A stretch of DNA of 64,000 nt from the human T2T-CHM13v2.0 reference genome, Homo sapiens, in assembly GCF_009914755.1 (NCBI RefSeq), contig NC_060930.1; one strand, written 5' to 3'. The notes beneath the pieces were generated by a model, which saw only the letters and a list, made by a program, of their open reading frames with translations, was not told where the DNA came from and made no database searches. A program made the translations under genes and the position numbers. Shown here in pieces: positions 24,476 through 38,413 of this stretch (position 1 is the first letter of the stretch; each line of letters opens with the position of its first letter).

Positions 24476-25020
24476 GTCAGTGGAAAAAAAACACACTCAA
24501 AGTGTTGTTTTTTTCTATTCTCTCACCCAGCAGCCTCAACACCAACCAACGTCTTTTGTGACCAAATGTTTCTGTGTAGGGGGGTGTACCCCACACACCA
24601 AACAAGCAATCAATTTTGTAGCAGAAACCAACTCAGCATCCTCCAACCCAGTTCAATTCTGACATTATCCACCTGGAAATAGTTTCACATCCCACAGGTT
24701 GAGAGCTCAGTTTCACAAAACTGCCCCCACTTCAGACACAAGCCACAAGTCTGGGCCTCCAGAACTCCTGACCAACCAGCTTCAAATTAGGGTTCCCATG
24801 ACCCCCTCTTTGAGTTTGATTAATTTGCTAGAGCAGCTCACAGAACTCAAGGAAACACTTATGTTTACAGGTTGATTATTAAGGATATAATAAAGGATGC
24901 AAACGAACAGCCAGATAAAGAGATAAACAGGGTGTGATCTGAAAGGGTCCAGAGCACAAGAGCTTTCCTTCCCATGAAGTTGGGATGTGCTATCTTCCCA
25001 ACATGTGGAAGAGTCTGTCC
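24475..25020 (-). mobile_element. ERV LTR fragment (MER21-like)
   Basis: Recalled motifs gattaatttgctagagcagctcacagaactca and cccacaggttgagagctcag. Confidence 0.6.
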
Positions 25021-25024
25021 TCCC

Positions 25025-26331
25025 ATTGTAGGCCCAGAGCAGGGCCTTGAGGGCAAAATTTCCAGAGAGGTGCTCTGGAGACTTCAGCATTTGCTGCCCA
25101 GGGCTGCTTCAGGAAGCTGCTTGCCACACTCTGGCACAGAGCTCCTTGGATGCTCCAGCCATGGCTCTGGAGGGCACAATGGTAAACCTCGGTGATGTCT
25201 ACATGTTGCTGATTCTGCAGACATGCATAGTACAAGAGATGTGGGGCCTCCACCTAGATTTCAAATGGACAGCCTGGGGGCCCAGACAGAAGCTTGTTGT
25301 AGGGTTAGAGCCACCAAAGAGAGTTCCCACTAGATCAAACCTAGTGGAGCTGTGGGATCAGGACTGCCTCCAAAACCCTAGAGGTGTAGAGCAACCAGCA
25401 TGTAACTCCAGCCTGGGAGAGCTTCAAGCATGAGACTCCAACATGTCAGAGCTGTGACATGGCCTGCACCCAGCAAAACCATAGGGGTGGGGCAGCCCAA
25501 GGCCTTGGGACCTAACCACCACCCCATTGTGCCCAGATGGAGGGACATGGAGTCAAGGAAAAGAATTCTGGAGCTTTAATACTTAATGTGCTCTTCCTGT
25601 TGGGTTTTAGGCTTACTTGGCATTAGTTATTCTTTTATTTTTGCCTATTTCTCCCTTTTGGAATGGGAACATCTATCTTATACCCGGGCCACCACTGTAT
25701 TTTGGAAGCAGATTACTTGTTTTGATTTCATAGGCCCACAGCTGTAGGAAATTTGCCTCAAGATGAATCATGCCTTGAGTCTCACCCACACCTTATTTAG
25801 ATGATACTTTGGAGTTTTGTGTTGGTGCTGGAAGGAGTTAAGATCTTAGAGCTATTGGGATGGAGTGAATGTGTTTTGCATGTGAGAAGGACATAAATTT
25901 TGAAATTCAGGGGTAGAATGCTATGGTTTGAGTGTGTCCCCTAAAGTTCACATGTTGGGAACTTAAGTTCCCAGTGCAATACTGTTGAGAGATGGAACCT
26001 TTAAAAGGCAATTAGGTCTTGAGGGTTCTGCTCTCATGAATGAATGAGTGTCATTATCACAGGAGTAGGCTCATTATTCCAAGAGTGGGCTCATTATGGT
26101 GAGAGTAAATTTGTTATAAAAGTGAGTTTGACTCTCTGTCATTCACGTGCATACTCTTTTGCCCTTCTGCCTTCTGCCATGAGATAATGCAGCACAATGG
26201 CCCATGCCAGATGTGGCACCCTCAATCTTGGATTTACCAGTTGCCAGAATTGTAAGAAAAAAAATTTCTTTTCTTTATAAAATACTCAGTCTGTGATATT
26301 CTGTTATAGCAACACAAAATGGATTAAGACA
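25025..26331 (+). mobile_element. MaLR internal fragment plus 3' LTR (MST-type, LTR ~25919-26331)
   Basis: Polypurine tract caggggtagaa, then TGCTATGGTTTG ... ttatagcaacacaaaatggattaagaca. Confidence 0.8.
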
Positions 26332-26809
26332 TTCCTCTAGTTGGCAAATTTCAAATAATCTGTCTTTGAGTTCACTGATTCTTTCTTCTGCATGATTGAG
26401 TTTGCTATTGAAATCCTTGATTTAATTTTTCTGTTCTGTCATTGTATTCTTCAGCTGCAGTATTTCTGTTAGGTTCCTTTTCATGGTTTCTAGTTATTAA
26501 ACTTCTCCTTTTGTTCATGCATTGTTTTCCTCATTTTTATTTAGTTGTCTATATACATTCTTTTATAGCTTATTGAGCTTATTTCAGATGATTATTTTGA
26601 ATTCTTTATCAGGTAATATGTAGATCTTTATTTCTTACAGTTCAGTTACTGAAGTATTAATAGTTTTCTTCAGTGAAATCATGTTTGACTAATTCTTCAC
26701 GATCTGTGTGGCATTGCATTGGTGTCTGTGTATTTGAAGGAAGAAAAACTTCTTCCAATCTTATAGACTGGTTTTGGCAGGTACAGACATTCTCCTGTTG
26801 AGTTGCCTA

Positions 26810-27205
26810 GAACAGAAGATATATTCCTCTCAAGTACACATGAAACATTCACCATGAGGACCACATTCCAGGCCATAAAACAAACCTCAAAAAATTAAAA
26901 GGGTAAAAATGATGCGATGCATTTTCTCTTACCATAATGTAATGGAATTATAAATCAATGGCAGGGAAAAAATGTGCAAAACACAAAAATATGTGGAAAT
27001 TAAGCAACACTCTTGTATAACCAGTGGGTCAAATAAGAAATACCAAAGGAAACCAGAAAATATTTTGAGATGAATTAAAAGGAAGACACAACATACAAAA
27101 ACTTATAGGATGCAGATAAGGCAGTGCTTGGAAGAAAATTTATAGCTGTAAATGCCTGTATCAAAAAAGAAGAAAGATGTCAAATCAGTGACCTAACTTT
27201 CTACC
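26810..27205 (+). mobile_element. LINE-1 ORF2 fragment
   Basis: Endonuclease-domain remnants (ttcctctcaagtacacatgaaacattc; aaatttatagctgtaaatgcct). Confidence 0.75.
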
Positions 27206-28169
27206 TGTAGCTTTATGATAATTTTTGAAGTCAGGTAGTGTGAGCCCTTCTACTTTTATCTTCTTAAGCAATAAGCAGAATCTTTTACGAGCTTATATAT
27301 ACCCAGATACTTTTTAATATATAAATTAAAAATCTCAGAAAAGAAAACCAAGGAACTGCTGAATATGGTTGCCTTTAAAAGAGTGGCCCTAGAGAGACAT
27401 GCTGTGGATTTAGGGAAGAATAAGCAAGTGTTACTTATGTAATACACACACACACACACACAAACACATATTCTTTTGAGTGATATATTCCATTTAATAT
27501 GACAGGAGATGATACCATTGAGCAGTTAACATTATCTCTGTTTTATCAGTTATGCAATGATGATATTAAAATAACTGATTTATAAGTCACCTTCCCGCTC
27601 TAGCAATAAATATATTGATTATAAGCAAACAAAGTTATAAAGATGAATCTGGGTTTATGAGAAAAGAGATGAGGTTTCAAATTGAAATGTTTTAAAGAAC
27701 TTTGGTATAGGAGCATTAATTTCTCTTGTATAAACTAGCTTTGTCATATTTGTTAAGCTGTCACAGTTTGAGGAAATGGTAGTGGGCAGAAAGAAAAAAT
27801 TTCTGACACAAGGAGATAAGACAAAGAGAAGGAAGAGGAAGAACAGTTGCAGTTCTAAGGCACAAGGTGTCCTAGATGTTTTTCCTGATGCATAGGTACC
27901 ACTTGAATAGGACAATAGTGAGACAGCTTCCCTTGTCCTCCCCACTCTGATCCCTGCCCTATCCCACGGAGCTGAATTCCCCATCGCTGCTGTCCACACC
28001 TCCTATTGCTGAGTTGGGTAAACACCAGGAAGTCACCTATGTGGATTCCTGTCTCATCTTTGGGAGCTTTACAGAAACTCCAATGTTCAAAAGTGAAATT
28101 GAAAATAAGTGAAACAAAGATTTGTTTGGTAAATCATTCTCTTTAGCTCTTAAAGATTCTGCACAATAT

Positions 28170-28760
28170 TGAAGAATAAAAAAGTAAGAAGACTCACATT
28201 ACCAGACTTCAAGAATTACTGTAAAACTACAGTAATCAAGACAGTGTGGTATTGGTAAAAGAATAGACACGTAGAACAATAGAATAGAGACTCCAGAAAT
28301 AGACCCCCACAAATATAGCCACGTGATCATTGACAAAGGAGCAAATATAATTCAATGGAAAAAAGGACAGTCCTAGATAGGTATTTGCCCATCTGATTTG
28401 AAAACTCTTGTCCACACAAAATGCCTATACATGAATGTTTATAGTAGCTTTATTCATAAGATTCATAGTATTCTTCAAAAACTGGAAGCATATAAGATGT
28501 CCTTCAATGGGCAAATATATTTACAAGATGTAGTACATTCATACATTGGAATTTTATACAGAAATTTAAAATGTGCCATAAAACCATGAAAAGGCATGGA
28601 TAAACCTTAAGTGCATATTGCTAAGTGAAAAAAAAAGTCAGCCTGAACAGGTTACGGACTATGATTCCAATTATATGACCACTGACCTTCTGAAAAGGCA
28701 AAACTACAGAGATAGTTAAATGATTCTTGATTGCCAGGAGTTTGTGGGGAGGGGAGGAGG
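28170..28760 (+). mobile_element. Old LINE-1 (L1M) 3' fragments
   Basis: ctacagtaatcaagacagtgtggtattgg; ttgctaagtgaaa...aaaaggcaaaactacagaga. Confidence 0.75.
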
Positions 28761-28819
28761 GTTGAAAAGGTGAAGCGCAATAGATTATCATTTAATTCAG
28801 TAAGCTCATATAGAAAAAA

Positions 28820-29082
28820 GAGGAGGAGAGTCAAGGTGAAACACAAAGTTTTGATATCAAAGTGGAAAACGAAGAGAGAGGGAGATAAAGGAAAAGAGGG
28901 TGAGATAGTGAAAGAAAAGGACACAGAGGGACAGTGAGAGCGATGACTGGAGCCAGAGTGCAAGGGAGAGAAGAAGGAGAAGGCGGGGAGCTAGAGAGAG
29001 AAGGAGGGAAAGGGAGAACAAAGTGAGGGCGAGAGGGATGAGACAGAAAGAAAAGGGAGGAAAGAGGAACAAAGGGAAAGAC
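28820..29082. repeat. GA-rich purine low-complexity tract
   Basis: ~260 nt strongly dominated by A/G on the + strand. Confidence 0.85.
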
Positions 29083-29085
29083 AGT

Positions 29086-30272
29086 GTGCCCAGTTATCAA
29101 TGTATTGGCTGCCAGCTCCAAATCGCCCCTTCCGTGCCCTGCTCTATGATACTGGAGGTGGACCCTGAAAACATTTCTATTTGGCCAAATGGTAATGTTT
29201 AAGCTGTGCTAGGGGAGTACACTGCAAGAGGAAGGGGCCTCTGGACCCCATGATTTTTCTGCTTGTTCCTGCTGAAACCAAGATGTTAATCTGAGCGGGT
29301 ATGCCAAACTTAGCCTGCCCTGCTTGCTTTTGGCCGCTGTCTTTTTGTGATTTTTTCCCCCTGTGAAGCTGAGGGCTGCTCCGCTGAACATTAGAACTTA
29401 ACCCTCACCGGCGACCTTGTAGATAACGTCTATAAGTCACCATGGTAACGGTCGCTTCAGTTGTTTTTCAGGAACCTGGGGCAACTCCTGTCCAGTTTAA
29501 ACCGGTTGAGACTACCGACCTTTCAACTGGACCCACGCAAGTGCCCAAGAGGTGGCCAAAAACTCCACCCTCAAATCATACTAACGGCGCCATTTTCTGT
29601 ACATTATGTCCAATGCAATACCATGAACTTTTGCGCAGAACGAACCTGTTACTTCATTTTCCCTAACTGCCAATCACTTTTCCCCACACCTTAGACCACC
29701 CCACTTCCCTAACTCGTAATTATCCCTAAGACTTCTCTTCCGGGAAACGGATCTGAGAGCTGCTCTTCTGCCTTCTCCCTGGGCAGCCCTGTGAATAAAT
29801 CTTTTCTCTTTTGCACAAACTGCTTATCACAGTGATTGATTTTCTGTGCGTGGGCAGAACAAACCAGGTCAATAACACTGCTGTGTGCGGTGGGGCTGTG
29901 GGACACCCAGGATGATCATCCCCAGCGAGTTTGTGAAACTCCCGGCTGACGACTTTCCAACGAACCTTACACAAGCCCTAGCAGGCGGCTCCCCAGAGAG
30001 CTCATTCCACACTCTCATAATGGGTGATTGCCTGCATGCCAGCTCCAGCCTCTGGCACAGAGAACTTTTCAGCCAGTGGCAGTGGGAAGTGCTTTTTCCG
30101 CTTTGTTCCTGTCTTGGATGCTCTGCCTCAGGCCTAGAGGCAGTGGCTGCTCTGGAGAGTTCTCTACTCTTACTAGACAGTATCCTGCTACTAGTTAATA
30201 ATTCTTTAAGTTGAACATTTCTTGTTCAAATTGCCATGCGGTTTCTGCCTTCTGACTAGATCTTAACTGATT
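29086..30272 (+). mobile_element. Old ERVL-type LTR interrupted by a younger ERV1 LTR
   Basis: tgcccagttatcaatgtattggctgccagctccaaat start; resumes after 29881; family uncertain. Confidence 0.55.
29273..29877 (+). mobile_element. ERV1 solo LTR (LTR26-like), 605 bp
   Basis: TG...CA ends (TGAAACC...TAACA); 4-bp TSD CTGC at 29269-72 and 29878-81; AATAAA near 29794. Confidence 0.8.
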
Positions 30273-31154
30273 AAATTAAGTAGTGGATAACAGAGAAGGA
30301 AGCTGGGAGAGAAGGAAAAATGAAAGGGAGGGCAAAAGAAATAGAGTAGAAAGTTGAAGTGATTAGTGTGGGTCCATACAGCTTGATGGAAAATGTTCTG
30401 ACTTTGGATCAGAATCAAGTCCGTAGAAGGAATCTTTCAGCCTCCTTCTGAGAATACAGCCACAGTGTGTGAATCTGAGTTATCTTAGTTCAGCTCCTTA
30501 ACTTTACAAAGGATAGGATCATTTTCTCTTTTATTTGATGCCCATGGAGATGAAGTCCTCTTTTTGTGTGTAATAGGTGATCAGTAATTTTAGAGTGAAA
30601 TGAAAGAAAGTAGCTCATGAAAGAGAGTTGTCTTGCTGATATGCCACCCCCTTTTCAGATGAAACACACAGGAGCTGGTAAAAACGACCTCTGAATCAGC
30701 TGGCCTGCCCTATGAGGATAATGTGTTGTTCTTTTTTCCTCCTGAGCAAGCATGACCCTAGTTCTCCCACACTCTGGGAGTAAATAAACAGGACTGTCAA
30801 AGAGGTCCTCACCACAGCCTCCAGCCAATGTCTCAGGAACCGAGGCTTACCTGAGACATAGAAAGTGAGGTGATGTGGTTGCTTAGATTTATCTTTTCAT
30901 TTGTGCTGCTCCTGGCACTCTTATTGCTATGAGATTACTAAAAAGTTTCCTGGAACATATTTTCTAAAATAATTAATTGATACACTGATTTGATCTTTAC
31001 CAATTATATGAATGGCATGAAATTATCACATGTATCCTGAAAACAGGTGCATCTATTACGTATACATTTAAAAAATTCAAAGGGAAATAATCTATTACAA
31101 TCTCTTCCTCTCTTACATATCAAAGGGTACTATATTGAGTCCAAAGGGAAATTA

Positions 31155-31729
<575 letters not shown>

Positions 31730-32822
31730 AGGGAAATTATTTTCTTTCTTATTGTTTTTAACTTTAATGTTTTGAATAGATAATATGACATAGTTTACAA
31801 TTTTTTTAAATGTAAAACAATATTCAGTAACATGTCTTCCTCTCACCCCCATCCCAATGCCCTTGCCAGTCCTGGGTTCTTAAGACCTCAGTTGACTAGT
31901 ATCAGGTTCAGGTGTCTCCTTACAGGGCAATTTTTGGCATATAAATTCAAACTTGTATATTATTTTCCCCACGTTTACACAAATGGTAGAGTGCTATTTA
32001 CACTTCTCTGTACCTTACTTTTTCATTTAATATATTCATTCAGTAGTAAATGTTATTGAGCACCAACTATGTGCTGGACATTTTTCTAGACATTAAAGAT
32101 ACAATAGTAGGGTGAAGTGAATGATATATTTCCTGCCTTCGTGGAGCTGATATTCTAGTGGAGAAGACACAATAAATAAATCAGATAAAAATGAAATATA
32201 TTATGTTAAATAATAATAAATTCTAAAGAGAAAAGGCAGAAAAGAGGGACAAGATATGTTGAGAGGTTTGAAATTTTATCTAGTGTGGTTTTATCTAAAT
32301 GAGGAAATTTTATCTAAATGAGGAAAAGCCTCATTTAGATGATTTTTTGAATAAAGACTGAAAAAAATAGAGGAGCCAGCCATGAAGATATCTAAGAAAA
32401 GGGAATTCTAGGCAGAGGGAAGAAAAGTGAGGATGCTCTGAAGCAAGAATTGAGCCTGCAGTGTCCAAGGAACCCCAAAGGGACACTGAGGTTGGGGTGG
32501 AGTAAAGGAGTGTAGGATAGAAGATGAAATCAGAGAAATAAAGGAAGAGGCCCAGATCCTACAGGATGTTAGGATTTTCTTTACAAAGACTCTTCTTGAC
32601 TCAGATCTTTTTATAATACTCTAGAATCACAGATGCCAATACAAATGGGAGTGGCATTGTGGTTCCTATTTTTATTAACTGATTAGAGCATGACATGGAA
32701 GATTTGGGGGAAAATGCTAAAATCTGGTTGGACAACAGCCACCTGGATACCCAAATGAGGTACAGGATATGACTGAATATTATCAATGGCCTATCTTAGA
32801 AGACAATTTTTAAAATACTGCT

Positions 32823-33523
<701 letters not shown>

Positions 33524-34351
33524 TCAGAGATGCTCAAATAAATCTAAATCCGTTTTTGAAACAGAGGATTTGGGGCTCTTTTCCAACACTACAATTTGTC
33601 ATTGAAAAAACAAGTCCTTGAATAGCAACCTGACATTTATCAAAATTGAGTTCTAGGAAATTTCTCCACTGGCAGTTCTCAAAGTAATTAATTCTTACCA
33701 ACATACTCCAGGGGAAAAATGTTTGAAAAGAAATCATGGCATTTTAGTTAATGAGTGGAGCCTTGGTTACAGGCATGAGCCACTGTGCCCAGCCTCTTTT
33801 TACCTTTTTTCATCTCCCTGTGTTTAAAGATACTCAATTTTGGGGCTTTTAAGCTTGTAGTTTGGAAAATATGAGTATCAGTTTTATAAATTGATAAACT
33901 GGGCTAGTGCAGTCACTGTGGAAATTCAGTCAACAAAATCTATTGTTGATATGTGTCTTGGATGAGGAGTAGAAGAAAGGATAAAAAATGGAATTGCAGT
34001 TAACTAAGAGGAATAAAAACAAGGTTGTTTTGGCAGCTGTCCCATGTACACCCAGCTGCATCCCCATCTGAGACCTTGCTTGACAACTTTGCATAAAGCC
34101 AATAGGTACCTCAGTTGCTGCTGAGCAGCAGCCTTGTCACTACTCCTGGCTTTGAACTGCCCTCCCCACTTCCGGGTCCTCATGTCTTGCTACTCAATGC
34201 ATGGTTTGCGGAAAATAAATGTTGACACCATTTGAGAACGTTAGAAATGCAAAATCTTGAATTCCATCCAGACCAAAAGAATCAGAATGTGCATTTCAAC
34301 AACTCCCAGGTGATTCATACACCCATTACAGTTAAGAATCACTGCCCAAAA

Positions 34352-34870
34352 ACAGTGGTTCTCACATTTTGATGTGTGCTATGGTTTGAATGTTGGCATT
34401 CCCACAAAATTCATATATTGAAATCTAATGCCCAGTGTGGCGGTATCATGAGATGGGGCTTTTGGGAAGTGATTAGGTCATGATTGCTCCACTCTCATAA
34501 ATGGGATTTGTGCCCTTATAAAAGAGGCCTGAGGGAGCTTGTTTGCTTCTTCCATCACGTGAGGACACATAGGAAGTGTCATCTGTGAGGAACAGGCTCT
34601 CACCACACACCAAATCTGCTGGCCTCTTGATCTTGGACTTCCCAGCCTCCAGAATATGAGCAATAAATTCCTGTTGTTCATAAATTACCCAAAGATACTT
34701 TGTTATACCAGCCGGAACAGACAAGGCAGTATGCTGCAGAATTACCTGGAGGGCTTTTAAAAACAAATATTGCAGTTTCTGATTCATTAGGTCCTGGGGT
34801 GGGGCCCAAGAATTTGTATCTGTGACAAATTTCCAAGTGCTACTGATCTGGGATCACCCTTTGAGAATCA
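34352..34870. mobile_element. MER5A-like hAT MITE split by a MaLR LTR (MST/MLT1A-like, ~34377-34728, +)
   Basis: cagtggttctcaca ... gaattacctggagggctt ... ctttgagaatc flanking TGCTATGGTTTGAATG...ttgttataccagc. Confidence 0.75.
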
Positions 34871-36902
34871 TGATCCTATTGAAACAGTGTATTTGTGACC
34901 CTCGTCACCCCATTCCTTGGTCTCTACCCATTTCCACACAGATAATTGAGCTCTAACATCTGGATAGGAAGTTGGCAGCAAAGACAAGGATTTCTGAGAA
35001 GGGGCATTCATTCCACCAGTATTACTTAAATTTTTTTAATCCACAGGATATCACTAGATTAAATTTTTGTTGAGTGCTTACTGAATGGTATTGCTACTAA
35101 TGTGATAGATGGTGTAGAGGAAAGTATGAGATTCTGCTCTTAGTGACAGTATACTGTCATGTGAATATGAAAAAGTTATTCCTGGTTTTCAGTATTGGAA
35201 TATTAGGAAGTATTTGTTTTCTGCTCTCTCCTTCCCTTTGCACATAACGAGGCAAGCTACCTGGGTAGAAGTGCTCACAGGATTGAGGACAGTTTATTTA
35301 GGAAGAGGAACAGCCATTTCATAAGACATAAAAGTAGGATTAATTACCACAGCAACTTTTGCAGAGAATATAGTCTCTAAAGTGATCCTCAGTGGATTCC
35401 AAGTATCCTTGCTTCCCTCCTTTTCCTTTTTTCCTTTTTTTTTTAAATGCCATCTTAGACTCAGACTTCCTTTTTCAAAAGAAGGTCCTTTTTCATCATC
35501 TAGGTAAATCTGTCCACTTGTGATTTTAACTCTATTTTTACTTGCCTCCTTGAAGTCTAAATCCATCAGTAACCCCTATTTCTGTCTCCAGTCTCTTCCT
35601 GTCATTCTCTCTCTCTCCCCTTCCTCTCTGAGCCATACTCTTATACACTGCATTGAAAATACCTTCTTATCAGCTTCCTTCAAAAGGCTGAGAGTTTCTT
35701 GAATAGAAGACTATATCATACTCATCTTTTGATTCATCTTTATCCCTGGTAAAGTCATATAGTAAGCCCTCAATAAATATTTATTAAGGAAATGAACAAA
35801 GCTAAAATCTGTCTACACTAGCTGTTACCTCTTTCTTACTTCTTAATAATTCGATTCACTGTAATGTTTTCATTTCTACTACTCCACTGAAACCACTTTG
35901 AATTGAACAGAGTAATCAATGACCTCTGTTTTTACCAAATTGATAAACTGTATTAATTAAAACTTATGGTATCAAATGGCACAAATCCTAAACTAGCTTA
36001 AGCAAAAAGGAGAATTTACTAGGTCCTATTGATAGAATCCAAGGAAAATTCAAATAATTGAACTTTGGAAAGAACAAGAATATAGCTGATTCTTGGTGAC
36101 AATTGAAACCTGGAACTCTAGTGATGTCAAGGGCTTTCTATTATATCTACTTCCTTCTGCAAGTTGGCTTTACTCTGTCTCTTGAATTATCTCTATTCTG
36201 TACTCTCTACAGAATCGCTGTCTTAACATGAAAAAGAAACTCTCAAGCTTTACATCTTGACTTAAGCCAAGAGACAGAATGTATGCTGATCCTTTTATTT
36301 GCCCTCACATCCAAAATCCTTGGAAGTCCATCGCAAGCCTAGCTTATATCAGCTGTGCAACATGAAACAATCAATTCTGGTCAGGTCGGTGGATTTGTGT
36401 AAGATCAAGGTACTTGCCAAAGTATCCAAGAGGATGTGGCTGGGGTACGTAGGAGAAAATAAGGGTTCCCAGGAGAAGGGCAGGAGAATTGCTGAAGAGG
36501 CTGTCCAAGTTCCCTTTAGACCCATCTTACCAAGATTTTATCTTATCAAGGATTTTATATGGTTGACAATTACTCACATGCATGTCTCTCATTTCGTGGC
36601 TACCATTAAATTATTACTTCCCAGCTGTCTTCTGACTTCTTACCATTTTCTTCTCTGTATCTTTTTTTTTTTTTTGAGTCCTCTTTTTCTGTCTGAACCT
36701 TATATGTGGTGTTACCAAGTGTTTGGTCCTAGAATATTTCTTCTATCACTTCATACATTCTCTCTTAGATTATTTTATTCAGTTTCATGCTAACCAAAAA
36801 TTTTCACCCTAGCTCCAAACTCATGATGTAGACTGATTGGAGACCTGAATTTCCCAGCAAACGCTCCAAACTCATCAAGTCAGAAAAAGGTTACCTTCTT
36901 CT

Positions 36903-36937
<35 letters not shown>

Positions 36938-37230
36938 AGATGGAGTCTTGCTGTCTTGCTATGTCGCCCAGGCTGGAGTGCAATGGTGCGACCTCAGCTC
37001 ACTGCAACCTCTGCCTCCCGGGTTCAAGCAATTCCAGTCCTCTGCCTCAACCTCCCGAGTAGCTAGGATTATAGGCGCCCACCAAACACGCCTGGCTAAT
37101 TTTTGTATTTTTAGTAGAGACAGGGTTTCACCACCTTGGCCAGGCTGGTCTTGAACTCCTGACCTTGTGATCCACCTGCCTCAGCCTCCCAAAGTGCTGG
37201 GATTACAGGAATGAGCCACTGCTCCTGGCC
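36903..37230 (-). mobile_element. Alu with long T tail
   Basis: Antisense dimer. Confidence 0.93.
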
Positions 37231-38117
37231 AAGATTACTGTCTTCTATCAATTCCTCCCTTGTTCTCTGATCCCAAATCAGTGAAATAGCAACTATAACT
37301 GCACTGAGGTAAAATATAGGCCATCATAAGGACGAGGCAAAATTCTTATGCTGGTATGATGGAAGTATCCATGTTAAAAAAGCAGATATTTTGAAGCTTT
37401 TAAAAAGAGATCACTTATACATATAATTACAGATATTTTCTTTGTGAAGTAGATTTTCATCTCTGTGACACTTGTTTCAGCTTATCCTCTTTCAACACAA
37501 AGAAAATTTTCTTCTCCTTTAAAAAATGAAAGATCAGTATTTATGTCAAGGGTTTAGACAGTATACTTTTCCTAACCCACAAGATAATTTTTGGTTTTGT
37601 ATATAGTAAAATTAATTATACTACTATCAGTAAGTTCGTAGAAGGTTAGTTAACCAGGATTAGCATGGAAATTCATGAAAAAAGCATAATTTATAACTTT
37701 AAGGAAAAATCTCAAAATTCTTTAACATGTATCCTTAACAAACAGTTTCCTGTGATAAAACATTTTACTAACAAATACTGAAGGCAATTAATATTAAAAT
37801 CTTTAAATTTTACATAAAAACTTCTTGTTCATCTCAGCAAATAAGTTAGCCAGAAATTAAATTTCATGAGGACTATATACATAAAACTTAAGTATGACTT
37901 TAACCTCACCTGGTAAATGCACTATACTTTTGTGACAATTAGGATATAAATATTTCCCTAACTTCTCCCCTTTCTTTATAACAAAGAGTGTTTTTATAAA
38001 TGACTGTTTTTTCAAAAGCACTTGAGTCAACAATCATCTTTCACTTTCAAGATTTTTAAACTCATTGTAATTATAGTTTTAAAAGTAAATTTTATTTTAA
38101 TCAAAGTTGAATTACAG

Positions 38118-38413
38118 TTTTTTTTGTTTTTTGTTTTTTTTTGAGACAGAGTCTCGCCCTGTTGCCCAGGCTGGAGTGCAGTGGTGTGATCTGGACTCAC
38201 AGCAGCCTCCTCCTCCCAGGTTCAAGCAATTCTCCTGCCTCAGCCTCCTAAGTAGCTGGAACTACAGGCATACAACACCACACCCAGCTAAATATTGTAT
38301 TTTTAGTAGAGACGAGGTTTCACCAGGATGGTCTCGATTTCCTGACCTCATGATCTGCCTGCCTTAGCCTCCCAAAGTTCTGGGATTACAGGTGTGAGCC
38401 ACAGCACTTGGCT
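38118..38413 (-). mobile_element. Alu
   Basis: Antisense dimer; tgaatta flanks. Confidence 0.93.

Noticed and set aside
24029-24682. 217-aa ORF on +
   Set aside because: It is the antisense frame of an L1 ORF2 fragment running into an LTR, with no protein-family motif.
36299-36793. 164-aa ORF on +
   Set aside because: Non-ATG start, low-complexity T-rich end, no motifs or clear splice structure; probably old repeat sequence.
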